From the NCBI RefSeq assembly GCF_009834535.1, contig NC_045697.1, positions 12,588,001 through 12,648,000 on the forward strand: a stretch of DNA of 60,000 nucleotides. The letters are read 5' to 3'. Shown here piece by piece: positions 1-11,564 of this stretch (positions are counted from its first letter, which is position 1; every line of letters begins with the position of its first letter). This stretch comes from Camelus ferus (lineage: Eukaryota). Position numbers and translations under genes: made by a program. Under the pieces are notes generated by a model. It was not told where the DNA came from. It did no database searches and saw only the letters and a list, made by a program, of their open reading frames with translations.

Positions 1-332
1 TGGTGCATCTCAACTCTTAGAAAATGGTTGTATTTACCAGGGATGTGGGGCTTCCCAGAGGTTAGTGGTGCTTTAATATTAGGAGATGTTAATGTTTTGT
101 GAGGTCAAAGCAGCAAAAGGTGGGTATCTCTGTCTTATCCCTTAGTTTTTAGGGAACTGAACAAAACACTGAAGCTACTTCTTGAATTCTTAGACAGATG
201 TTTCATGCCAAAACAAGATGTCATTTATTTGAATACACTCTTACCCCACTTAGAGATGTAGGCTTATAATGCTTAAATCTCCATCAAAAAGGGAGAATGA
301 ATTTACATATTAAATGTAGAGAGAATATAATA

Positions 333-982
333 CAGCAGTTCCCTCTTATCCGTGGGAATACATTTCTAAAACCCCCAGTGGATGCCTGAAGCCACAAACA
401 GTACTAAGCCATATATATACTATGTTTTTTCCTATACATACGTACCTAAGATAATGTTGAATTTATGTATTTGGCACAGTAAGAGATTAACAACAATTAC
501 TACTAATAAAATAGAACAATAAACTAATAAAACATACGTGAATGTGGTCTCTCTGTGTCAAAAGATCTTACTGTACTCTACTCACACTTTTCTTCTTGCA
601 GTGACATGAAGTGATGCAATACCTAAGTGATGAGATGAAGTGAGGTGCAAGATACAGGCACTGTGACCCAGCATTAGGCTACCACTGAGCTTCTGACACA
701 GGGTCAGAAGAACGATCAACTGCTTTGGGTGACTCTGAGTCATCCAAAAATGATGATGCTGATGGTCGGATGTAAGGAGCAGATAATGTTAATGGTTGGG
801 GATCCCAGGCTGGATGGAGCTGGATGGCTCAAGATTTTCATCCGTGCAACTCAGAATGGCACCCAATATAAAACTTACGAATTATTTATTTTTGGAATTT
901 TCCATATAATATTTTTGGACCATGGTTGATTGCCGATGACTATAATGACCAAAAGCAAAACCACAGATAAGGGGGACTACTG
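333..982 (-). mobile_element. MER44 (Tigger7-derived, TcMar-Tigger) non-autonomous DNA transposon
   Basis: Terminal inverted repeats cagcagttccctcttatccgtgg ... ccacagataagggggactactg, flanked by TA at 331-332 and 983-984; reverse complement of the right end resembles the MER44 start. Confidence 0.85.
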
Positions 983-989
983 TAATTTA

Positions 990-1115
990 GTATTGGTGGA
1001 AAGAGCTTTATCAGAAATCAGGAGTCAAGTAAGCCTTGGTTTCTGCCACAAAACTAGCTCTGCAGCTTGGGGCATATGGGTCATGGAGCTGCTCTGGGCT
1101 TCAGGTTTCTGTCCT
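990..1115 (+). mobile_element. MIR-family SINE fragment
   Basis: Degenerate MIR 5'/core motifs (gtggaaagagc...tctgccacaaactagctctg). Confidence 0.5.
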
Positions 1116-1224
1116 GACTGACATTTTAGGTTTAAATGATTCTTCAGGGGTTAAATTTCCATGTATATTTGTATAGCACTTTTTAGAGATTTATTTTCGA
1201 TAATGTTAGCGATTTCCCATATGT

Positions 1225-1573
1225 ATTTTCTCTACCTGGATCCTCTTCCCCTAGATATCCACAAAGGTTACCGCTTCACCTCCTTCAAGACTTTGTTGAC
1301 GTCACCTTAGTGAGTTCTCTCCTGAGCCCTCTTTGAAAACTGCAGCTCCACCTCTTTCGTCACTCACCACTTCCCTTCCCTGCTTGTGTTTCTTCATGAC
1401 ACTTACCTGCCTTACAGTATACTTCACAATTTTCTTATTTACTATGTTTATGGTCTGTCTCTCCAGCCTAGAGTGTTAACTTCAAGATGGCAGACACTTT
1501 TGACGTTTTGGTTTCCACCTGCAATAAATCAGATACATAGCAGGGACTTACTATTTGTCGAGTGAATGAATGA
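1225..1573 (+). mobile_element. L2 LINE 3' end
   Basis: Pyrimidine-rich L2 3' region ending in ctatttgtcgagtgaatgaatgaa. Confidence 0.75.
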
Positions 1574-1929
1574 AACAGTATATTCTCTCCTTGGGTTCTC
1601 AGATAATCTATGATAATGCTATAATTATAAATTTAAATTATAAATCTAATTTGTCGGTTTGAGTGTTTGAGTACTTATTTACAGTTCAGAAAAAAGGTAT
1701 ATGAGGGAAACCAAAAGGCACGGGTTCTGTTCCTGGTTTTGCTCTCAATCCTCTGTAGAGGTTTACCAGAAATTATTTAATAAATTCCCTACTTTAGAGC
1801 ATTTTGATTGTCTACAAATTTCAAGGTTACCTTAGTTCTTAAGGGTGTGTTTTAACTCTGTGGAAATCCTTGAAGGCAGTGATCTTGTCCTGTTTATTCT
1901 TTTTATCCAGTGTAGTAAATATTAAAGTA

Positions 1930-2040
1930 CCTTTTTGACAGATGAGAAGACTGAAGCTCTGAGGAATTAAGGAATTTGCCAGTAGCTCATACAGTTGGAA
2001 ATAGCTGAACTGAACACTAAACCCAAGCATAACTGCAAAT
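1930..2040 (-). mobile_element. MIR SINE fragment
   Basis: ttttgacagatgagaagactgaagctctgaggaattaagg, the antisense MIR core. Confidence 0.7.
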
Positions 2041-2714
2041 TCTGTTACTTCAGTTCCATCTGCATTCGATGGGTGAACAGAAAATATTTTCCCCCTAACT
2101 CTGTCTTTTTAATATGATTTTTAATACTATTTCAGCACTAAGGCTACCTGGGCTGCACCCACCTTTCTGAGGCCAGGTTTAATTTCCAGGCTTGTTCAGC
2201 CTCAGCAAAGGCAGGGGTGTGATAGAGCGCTAGGTTCAGGGAGCAGTGAGCCATGTCTTGTGTGTAGGTTATAGCAGGGAGGGCCGGGAGCTCAACCTGC
2301 AGCTGTAGTTTGGACATGTAGAAATCTCTGGAAGATTATGCTTGCAGTGTTTGTAAGCTGACCTCCTGGATAAGGGGCATGAATAGTCTATTAATTTACA
2401 TGTGGAGTTCTAATGGGCAATCCAATTAGGCAGGGCACCTAATTGTTGTGCTTTGAGACACTCAGATCACCAGAGTACTGAAAGTGTTATTTCACTCACA
2501 CACACTTACACAAACTCTGAGGCCTTGGACATGAATGCCTTTGCTGCATACTGATTAAATAAATACCCCTCCTTACATTTCAAGGTTACCATTTATATAT
2601 GTTGGGTTTGATGATCTTAACTAATTTTTTAACTGATCATAAAATTAAAAAAGAACTTTAATTACTCTTATAAATAGTGTCTTATTGGAAGACTCAATTT
2701 TTTTTAGCCAAGTA

Positions 2715-2855
2715 GACTTGGTCAAGTTGCTTAGTGCCTTTGAGTCCCAGATTTCTCCTGTGGAAAATGGAGATAATATGCCTATGAGTAAGTGAAAAAA
2801 ATAAATGCACATAAATGCTGACTAATAAAAGGCACTCAGTAATATCATTATTGGT
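2715..2855 (+). mobile_element. MIR SINE fragment
   Basis: acttggtcaagttgcttag...tttctcctgtggaaaatggagataat core. Confidence 0.7.
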
Positions 2856-2928
2856 GTTATTTCAGTAGAAGGCCTCTTGTGCTGTGATATCAGGACTAGA
2901 AGGAGATGGCTTATTGGTTTATTGGCAT

Positions 2929-3725
2929 ATTCATTCATTATTCATCCATTCAACATTTATTTGTTGACTGTTTTCTGTGTGCCAACTTCATTGACCTTGT
3001 GCTCTGTGAGGAGACATGTATTAATTTTCAATAGTTGCTGTAACAAATTATCACAGCCTCAGTAGTTTAAAATAACACAAGTTTTTTAGCTTACAATAAC
3101 ATGTTTATTATCTTGTGATCTGTCAGTCGTAAGTCCACAGTGGGGATCACTGGCCAAAGTCAGGATGCAGCAGGGCTACGTGACTTCCTAGCAGCTCTGA
3201 GGAAGAGTCCACTTCCCTGTCTGTTCCATCTTCTAGAGGCTGCTCCCATCCCTTGGCTCATGGCCCATTTCCATCTCCCAGCCCAGCAATGACACGTCTT
3301 TCTGGCTGTTCTTCCATTGCCACATCTTTGATGCTGACCTCAGTCAGAAAAGGTTCTTCTTTTAAGGCCTCAGAAGTTTAAGGTAGGCCCACCTGGACAC
3401 TCTCCCCATCTCAAGGTCTTTAACTTGAATCATGCCTGTAAAGTTCCTTTTCCATGTAAGGTAACACATAGTCACAGCTTCCAGGAATTAGGATATGGAC
3501 CTCCTTGGGGGAGCGTTTTTCTGACTACCACAGGAAACACACTGTGAGTAAAACAACGTGAGCAAAGAAATGTGACTGTGTAGGGTGAGTCTGATAAAGG
3601 TTAAGAACGAAAGTGAAGCCGGCTAAGGGGAATACGGAGCTCCAGAGATGGGGAGGATTTCCGCTATGTGTGAAGTAGTCAGGTAAAGTCCTTACTGATA
3701 AGGTGACATTCGAGCAGACACTTGA
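2929..3725 (-). mobile_element. L2 3' end interrupted by an MLT1 LTR
   Basis: attcattcattattcatccattcaacatttatttg antisense tail; L2-like sequence resumes after 3532 (aaggtgacattcgagcagacacttgaa). Confidence 0.65.
3017..3532 (-). mobile_element. MLT1 (ERVL-MaLR) solo LTR, MLT1D/E-like
   Basis: TG...CA termini (tgtattaattttc...ctgactaccaca) and typical ttgctgtaacaaattatcac motif. Confidence 0.8.
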
Positions 3726-4454
3726 ATTTGTTTAAAGCAGAAAATTTTTAACAAATGAACCTACACTTTAAACATTTTTATTAAATGTATAATGCATAAA
3801 CTGTATCTATTCACTAAACCTTTGATAAAGAGTTAAGCCAGACAGGACACTAATCAAGCATCATCTACAATTTCCCACTTACTTTTCTTTCACATGGACC
3901 AAGAGCCTAAAGACACTGACCAAAACCATTTGAATTCATAATCTTGTGGATTTTGACAATTTCTTACCAATATTTTATAGTTTTTTTTAATGGCAGTTTT
4001 GTAGAAGTTAACTTGCCTGTTTTTATACTCATACTTTATTATTTTATATAAATATTTTAGTAAATTATGTAATTACAGTAACAGATACAACTGTAAATGG
4101 GGAGCATGTACAATTGACTTCTGATAAACATACCATTCAAATGATGGGAGAAGTGTATGGGTGTAGTGAGGAGTGGGGGCACCGCAGGCCATGGCTCAGT
4201 TTATGGAGGAAATGGGGACTAGCATTGTTTTATCTAACGTCTTGATTAAATGGTGGTCTTTTATAAAAGCTCCTATGGTATTACTAACTAACTTGAATTC
4301 AGTCAGACATAATATCCTATAATGTCATCATTTAAAAATTATGATGAAATGGTTTAGTAAATATTAGAGTTAAGGAGAAGAGTTTTTGTAGTGTAAAGCT
4401 AGATGTAGCCACAGAACTGATTTGTTCAATATTTATTCCAAGAGACATTCTATT

Positions 4455-4705
4455 GAAGTGGTTTGGATGATGCCCAGTATGGCTAAATAGCTAGATTAAT
4501 ACCCCGGCTTTCACACTGAATCACTGAGCTCTGCGCAAGTCACTTGCTCTCTTTTCCTCAATTTTCTTACCTGGAAATTGGGAATAACAGTAGAATCTAT
4601 CTCACAGGATTGTAATGAATCTCAAGTGGGTTAATTCCTTTAAAGAGCTTAGAGAAGTACATGGCGCGTAGTAATCCAGTGCTAAGTGTTAGCTATTTTT
4701 TTTAT
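4455..4705 (+). mobile_element. MIR SINE
   Basis: gcaagtcacttgctc...cctcaattttcttacctggaaattgggaataacagtag...cttagagaagtacatggcgcgtagtaa. Confidence 0.75.
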
Positions 4706-4839
4706 TATTAAGTAAACTGACATTAAAAATATTATTGGGTGTATGGAACTGTGAAAAATACCGTGAACATAGAGACCAGACAAAAAGATCTGTCTCCTGA
4801 GTTCATTTATAGTCGAGTGCTCTGTTTGTAATTGAGACC

Positions 4840-5003
4840 TTGTGGATATTACAGAGCATGAGAATCATCCGAGAAGTTCCAGGAAAATAACAGACATTGT
4901 CCACTTGAGAGTACCAGTTTGATAAGAGTTGAAGAGGGTATAAGCAACATTACTTTTAACAAGCATTCCAGATGGTCAGAGGGCTACTCTTGAGAAACCC
5001 TGA
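4840..5003 (+). mobile_element. MER5-like hAT-Charlie MITE remnant
   Basis: agaatcatcc...ttttaacaagcattccagatg...ttgagaaaccctg. Confidence 0.5.
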
Positions 5004-5659
5004 TTGAAGCATCCATAGATTAAAGTTGAACTCTTCGACATCATGCTCATTTTGCATGAATACATATTTCCATTCTCTGTGGGATGTGGTTACTAGTGGC
5101 AGCTGAGAGTTCTCAGTATAACTGGAAGAAATTTTAAAAATGATTTAAGTTAAAGAGAAAAACTTTAAAGACATCAGAGACTTAGAGGAAGAACTGAGAA
5201 ATTAATGAATCAAAATTCCAGAGGGGGATAATTATTCCAAGGTGAGATGATCTGTTTTTCTCTTGGAGTATTTGCAGTTCTGGATGTATGAGGAGGACCA
5301 GTCTGGACAGATAGCATTTGTTGGGGAAAGAGAAGCTAGTCTAGATTTTAGGGTCATGCAGGGCAGAGGTGGTGAACTGGGGCCCGGGACATCTACTGAA
5401 CTGTGAGACCCTGTGGATGGCTGGAGGAGTGGGGCATGAAGGTAAGGTCAAATTTTATAAAGGCAGAAAAGAATTTTCCATAACATTGCAGTACTTAGGA
5501 GCCTGCCTCAAATATATAAATGGTCTCCCAACAGGGACTGCTTGGTAAGAAGGATAAAATCTCTAGAGTGCAGAATTATTTCTTCTACAGGTTTTTTTTT
5601 TTTTCTTTTTAAGAGAGAGAGAAAGAGAGAATGAGAATTATCAAAAAGATTAAAAAACA

Positions 5660-5955
5660 TTTTAACATAGAAAGATTAAAATTAAGATGATGAGAAAAGA
5701 GAACATGTAAACACTATCAAAGGAAAGCTGATACAGTTATAAAATATTAAAATAAATTAGAGGCAAGAAGCACTATTAGAGATAAGAATATTTCAAAATG
5801 AAAAGGGAGTCATTCTAACAGTATGATATGTGAGTTATAAATCTGTATACATCAGTAATAGAACTCTAAAATACACGAGGCAAAAGTTAATAGAAAAGAA
5901 TAGAGAAACCAATCATAACTGAGATTTTAACACACATATCTCAGTAGTTGATTTA
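5660..5955 (+). mobile_element. Ancient L1 (L1M) ORF2 endonuclease-region fragment
   Basis: A-rich degenerate sequence matching L1 endonuclease-coding region (aaaggaaagctg...ctaaaatacacgaggcaaaag...gagattttaacacac). Confidence 0.65.
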
Positions 5956-8144
5956 AAACAACAAACATCTATACACTGCTTTGCTTTTAGTTTTCAGTGT
6001 GGAATGATCTGTTCCATGGTCACTCTGATTCTTGTTAAATACTTTTTTATGAGCCTCACTACTTTTTGAGGTAGTCCAATCCATGTCCAGAGAGCTCTGA
6101 TCTAACTAGTGACTCAGGCAGTAATAATTGTAATTTCTGGAAGTGAAAGCACACAGCAATAATATATGTTCTGCCTGAGACTATCCAGTCACTTAGTGTC
6201 AGATCTGGGTTATAAATCCTGGTCTCAAGATTTGTAATTCAATTAAATTTTTTGAAATAAATGATAAATTTTATCTGAGTGTATGAAAAACTCCTTGAAG
6301 GTGGGGACTTCGTCTTGCCCTTTTACAATATATATATTTAGAAAACTCACACATCACAGAACACGCTGGTGTTGGTGGTAAAGGAATAACAGGTGAAAAC
6401 CCACTGCCCCTGTACCCAGGGGGAGTTCACAGCACTGTCTACTCACTGTGTGGTTGAGAAGAAACCCACTCAAACTCTCTGAGCCTAGCTTTTCCTAACT
6501 TAAATATGGATAATTCGTGGTGAATTTTATTCTGAGGCTACAAAGCTATGCTATATTTAAAGATCTATATTTATGGTACAGGAATATAATGTGTATTAAA
6601 TACATACTGCTTGATAAATACTTAATTTTTAATTAAGAGGCCTATGAAGAGTTAGTGATTTAATTATTAAATAAAAAAGGCTTTGAAACCCTTCAGTGAG
6701 GAAGACTGTACCAGCCTATGTATCAAGTCAAACTAGACTAATAGTAAATTCAACACTATTATTGTTTGTTAGAGAAGAACAACAAGTTTCATAGCAGTCA
6801 CCCCTTATAAACACAACACACTTAGTATCTAAATGGTTTTTAGGCTGACCTTTATTCATTTATTTTTTAATGCTGTGAAATTTCTTCTTTCTTTTCCAAG
6901 TTTGAGTGGCTTATGATGAAACCGTTAATAAATATTTCCCTCTGTTGGAGTGATTTTTCAGCCCTTCCTGTCCAGAAAGCAGAGACCAATATGATAATAA
7001 GAGGGAACACAAACATATTCTCTCTCTGCGATATCTCTGGTCATAGGACAGGCTCATTAATGTTGTCATGGCAACCATCCCCTCACAGGTTACATGCTTG
7101 TAAGCTTCTACGAAGATGCAAATCTAGTTTAAACAAAGCAAGCTTACTCTAAAATGGCATGTCAACTTTCAAGGGCGAGGGCAGTGCTCCCAAGGATTTT
7201 ATTTTTTTCCGTGTTCAACGTACTACTTGAAGAGCTTACTTCCTTGCATTGTCTTATACAATAATTTTTATTTTATCCAAAAGAGAAAAGATAAATAAAA
7301 AAGGAATCTAAATAAAAGCTCTCCTTTCACATTTATTTGCTTTCTGGTACCACTTGTCTTATCATCCCTTAATGAGACAATGCAGATTGAAATGTCCAGA
7401 ATTCAGTCAAAACAATATTCAACATGAACTCACAATTGAAGCCTTCTTCTCATCTTGGATCCATCCTTATTTTCTTGCCCATACAGTGTCAATGCTGACT
7501 ACAATGCTATTATGAGCATTATAGTCCCAAAAGTGGGGGAGTTGGGATGAGAAAACCTACTCTGAGTCAGTTCCTTGGTGCTGGAAGTGGATCCTCTCCC
7601 TTCCAATCTGTACATCTTTGGCCTTGGCCCATAAAAGATAATGCGTCTGCTCCCTATCCTCTTGTCCTCATAGTAGAGTATTGAAGTGACCATTTTACTT
7701 TTTTTTTTTCCACAGAGAAGAGAAACAGCTAATTCCCAATCTTCACTGGGACTGTCTCCCTGGTGGGTGCCAATGATGTGACTCTAAAGCCAGAGCCACA
7801 CCTCACACTTCCCTTTCCATTTCCCTCACCAAGGTGAGGTGTGGAAGGCATGCTGTCTTTCTTTCCTGCTCCTTCACTTCCTCTCTCCAGGTGTAGCAAA
7901 TTCTTCTCCATCTCATTCCTGTCCTTATTTAGTCCATTCAGTGTTCCCAGGTGAATGCTTATACCTAGCTAGCTTCTTCTGTCTCAGGTATGGCAGAATG
8001 TGTAAGGCAGGCCTGTGTTCTTCATCTGTGAAGCTGACTGGGTATGGAACCTGCTCTGAAAGCATGAGATTTGGGTCAAAAGGAGGAAGTCTCACTTTGG
8101 CATCAAGATGAAGCCGTACTCTTGAACATAGAGTAATAAACTAG

Positions 8145-8300
8145 AGAGCCAACAAATATTTGATTGCCTATTAAGTGACAGACAATGTTCTAGGCATAGG
8201 GAGTACCCTAGTTAGTAGACAGCCCTTGCTTTCAAAGAACTTGTATGCTAGTCAAGGGAGAAATGAACATGCAACTTTAAAACAATAGTTAAATTTCAGA
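8145..8300 (-). mobile_element. L2 3' end, left part (split by the 8301-11446 insertion)
   Basis: ccaacaaatatttgattgcctattaagtgacagacaatgttctaggc...; continues after 11464. Confidence 0.7.
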
Positions 8301-9238
8301 GAGTTCCGGTCAAGATGGCAGAGTGGTAGGAACCACGAGCTTGCCTCTGCTCGCGACTACAATGAAACCACAACTGAATGCTAAACAACCATTGAGAAAA
8401 GACTGGAACCTAGCAAAATAGATCTTCTGCAACTGGAAACATAAAGAGGGAACCATAGCAGGGTGGTAGGAGGGATGTGCTCATGATATAATTGGGCCCC
8501 ATACCCTCCAGGTGGGTGACCCACAAGCTGAAGGTTTGTTAAGTTGCCGAGGCCCTTCCACAGGAGTGACAGCTCTAAGCCCCATGTCAGGCTCCCCAGC
8601 TCGGGTCCTGAAATTGGGAAGAGAAGGAGACCCCAGGACATCTGGTTTTGAAGGCCAGGGAGCTTGGCTTCAGCAGTCCCATGGGACTCGGGGAAACAGA
8701 GACTCCATTCGCTTGAGAAGTGTACACATAAACTCATATGCACCGGGCCCAAGGGCAGAGGCAGTGATTTCATAGGAACCTGGGCCAGACCTGCCTGCTA
8801 GATTTGGAGGGTCTCCTGGGGACGTGGGGGATGGCTGCGGCTCACTCAGGGGACATAAAAGCTGGTGGCAGACATTCTGGGAGTGTTAATCTACATGAGC
8901 TTTCCTGGAGGCTGACATCTTGATTGGATCATTAGCACCAAGACCTAGCCCCACCCAACAGCCTATAGGGAAGCCTCAGGCCAAACAACATACAGGGTTG
9001 GAACACGACCACACCCATCATCAGACTTCCTAAGCCACAAGGATCTCTAGACACAGTCCTACTCACCAGAGGTCCAGGACCAAGCTTTACCCAGCAGTGG
9101 GCACTGGCTCCTCCTGCCAGGAAACCTGCATAAGCCCCTAGTCCAGCCTCATCCACCAGGGGCAGATACTAGAAATAAGAAAATAATAGTCCCAAAGCCT
9201 GTGGAATGAATCCACAAACACATAGAAAGATAGACGAT
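8301..9238 (+). promoter_or_regulatory. L1 5'UTR (internal promoter) with YY1-type motif
   Basis: caagatggc at 8311-8319 right after the TSD; GC-richer than flanks; directly upstream of ORF1. Confidence 0.75.
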
Positions 9239-10113
9239 ATGAGGCGGCAAAGGAATATCTCCCAGGCCAATGCACAAGATAAAATCCCGGAAGAAGAAAT
9301 AAGTGATGAGATAGGTAGTTTATCCGGGAAAGAGTTTAAAGTAATAATGGCCAAGACGTTTAGAGAACTCAAGAGGAGTACAGATGCACAGAGTGAAGTT
9401 TTTAGCAAAGAGTTGGAAAATATAAAGAATACCCAAACAGAATTAAAGAATAAAATCACTGAAATGAACAGTAGAAGGAACCAAGAATAGACTAAATGAG
9501 GCAGAAGAACGGATCAGTGAGCTGAAAGACAGATTAGTGGAAATCACTACTTCAGAACAGAAAAAAGAAAAAAATGAATAAAAAGGAGTGAGGGTAGTTT
9601 AAGATAACTCTGGGACAACATGAAGTGCTCTAATATTCACATTATAGGGGTCCCAGAAAGAGAAGAGAGAAAGGACCTGAGAAAATTTTTAGAGAGATAA
9701 TAACCAAAAACTTCCCCAACTTGGGAAAGGAAATAGTCACCCAAGTCCAGGAACTGCAGAGAGTACCACACAGAATCAACCCAAAGAGGAACACACCAAG
9801 GCACATAGTCATCACATTGACAACAATTAAAGATAAGGAGAAAATATTAAAATTAGCAAGAGAAAAGCAACAAATAACATACAAGGGAACTCCCATAAGG
9901 TTATCAGCTGATTTTTCAGCAGAAACTCAACAGGCCAGAATTGTTATATTTAAAGTGATACAAGGGGGAAACTTACAACCAAGAATACTGTATCCAGCAA
10001 GGCTCTCATTCAGACTTGATGGAGAAATCAAAAGCTTCACAGATAAACAAAAGCTAAAAGATTTCAGCACCACCAAGCCAGCTTTACAACAAATGTTGAA
10101 GGGCCTTCTCTAG
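9239..10113 (+). pseudogene. LINE-1 ORF1p, frameshifted
   Basis: MRRQRNISQ...KEFKVIMAKTFREL and QRVPHRINPKRNTPRHIVI...ITYKGTPIRLSADFSAET...ILYPARLSF...KPALQQMLKGLL, split across frames. Confidence 0.93.
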
Positions 10114-10185
10114 TCATCAAACCATAAGAAATGAAAACAAAAAGAAAAAAAGAGGAAAACAAAAAAAGAGAGAGAGACCTACAAA

Positions 10186-10461
10186 AGATTGCTTTGGCTG
10201 TTCAGGGTCTTTTGTGGTTCCTTATAAATTTTGGAATTGTTCTAGTTCTGTGAGGAATGTCTCAAGTATTTTGATGGGGGTTGGGTTGGATCTGTGGATT
10301 GCTTTGGGTAGTGCAGCCATTTTGATAGTGTTGATTCTTCCAATCCAAAAGCACAAGAAATCTTCCCATTTCTTTGTGTCATTTCGGTTTTCAGAGTATA
10401 GGTAACTTCCTTGGTTAAGTTTATTTCTAGGTGTTTTGTTGTTTTTGATGTAATGGAAATG
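10186..10461 (-). pseudogene. Inverted L1 ORF2 fragment (post-RT region)
   Basis: Minus-strand KKWEDFLCFWIGRINTIKMAALPKAIHRSNPTPIKI, homologous to ORF2p [34 protein letters not shown]. Confidence 0.88.
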
Positions 10462-10519
10462 TCTCCACCAGTTATAAAATTCTGGTTTTTGAAGTGAAAA
10501 AAAAAAGTAAATGAAGGGC

Positions 10520-10565
10520 CACAAATGGCAAAATATCCTTCTTTTTTATGGGTGAGTTGTATTCC

Positions 10566-10632
<67 letters not shown>

Positions 10633-10746
10633 GCTGCACCTCCATTATCTATTCAACTATTGATGTGCACTTAGGATGCTTCCATATCTTGGCAATTATA
10701 AATAATGTTGCTGTTAATAGCAAGGTGTATGTATCTTTTTGAGTTA
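10520..10746 (-). mobile_element. Inverted L1 ORF2 C-terminal fragment containing a (CA)n expansion
   Basis: Antisense motifs cttaggatgcttccatatcttggcaattataaataatgttgctg and ttgtattccatt. Confidence 0.8.
10569..10624. repeat. (AC)28 microsatellite
   Basis: Perfect dinucleotide run. Confidence 0.97.
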
Positions 10747-10870
10747 ATTCTTATTTTGTGGTTGGCTTCATTCCTTTGATAACTATGTAAGTTTAAAAAG
10801 CTAAAGCTCTAAATGTTCTTACAAACAATGAACAGTACATATATGCAAGTTAAAAAAAATATGCGCAGTG
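10747..10870 (+). mobile_element. L1 3'UTR fragment (same family as 12300-12540 and 42179-42388)
   Basis: ttattttgtggttggcttcattcctttgataactatgtaagtttaaaaagctaaagctct closely matches 42177-42240. Confidence 0.8.
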
Positions 10871-11390
10871 AAAAAAAAAAGATCTATCAAGCCATGGAAG
10901 ACATAGAAGAAACCTAAAAAGACATATTACTAAATGAAAGAAACCAGTTTGAAAAGGCTACAAACTGTACGATTCCAAACCAAATGACATTCTGGAAAAG
11001 GCACAGCTACAGAAATGATAAAAAGATCATGGTTTCCAGGGGTTTAGGGAGAGGGAGGGAGGAATGAACAGATGGAGCACAAGGGATTTTTAGGGCAATG
11101 AAATTATTCTGTATGATATTATAGTGGTGGCTACATGTCATTATACATTTGTCAAAACCCATAGAATGTACAATATCAAGAGTGAACCCTAAGGTAAACT
11201 ATGGACTTTGGTTGATAATAATGTGCCCATATTGGTTCATCGATTGTACCAAATATGCCACACTGATGAGGGATGTTGAGGGTAGGGGAATATATATGTG
11301 TGGGTGGGAAGGGCTATGTGGGAACTCTGTATCTACTGCTCAGTTCTTTGTGAACCTGAAACTGCTCTGAAAAAATAAAATCTATCAGAA
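10871..11390 (+). mobile_element. Older L1M (L1MC/L1MB-type) 3' end
   Basis: ctatcaagccatggaagacat...gaaaaggctac...agagtgaaccctaaggtaaactatggactttgg...aacctgaaactgctctgaaaaaataaaa. Confidence 0.8.
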
Positions 11391-11564
11391 AAAATTCGTT
11401 ACATTTTACAGTGAAAAAACACAAAACAACAACAATAACAAAAAACCAATAGTTAAATTTCAGAAGTAGTAAATGTTAGTCAGTATAGGCAAGGTTATGT
11501 TTTGGTAATAAAGACCTCCCTAAATCATAGAGGCTTAAAACCACAAAAGCTTACCTCTGGAGAG

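Larger units (their letters stand above)
8301..11446 (+). mobile_element. Composite L1-derived retro-insertion with 18-bp TSD
   Basis: caatagttaaatttcaga at 8283-8300 and 11447-11464; starts at the L1 5' end (gttccggtcaagatggc) and ends in an A-rich tail. Confidence 0.85.

Noticed and set aside
6913..7030. C-box-like ATGATGA (snoRNA candidate)
   Set aside because: No D box CTGA at a suitable distance and no terminal stem.
8381..9459. Antisense ORFs in the L1 5'UTR/ORF1 (ORF0-like idea)
   Set aside because: No recognisable homology; antisense ORFs are common in GC-richer L1 5' regions.
10242..10742. ORFs with CVCVCV and THTHTH runs
   Set aside because: They come from the (AC)n microsatellite inside an L1 fragment.
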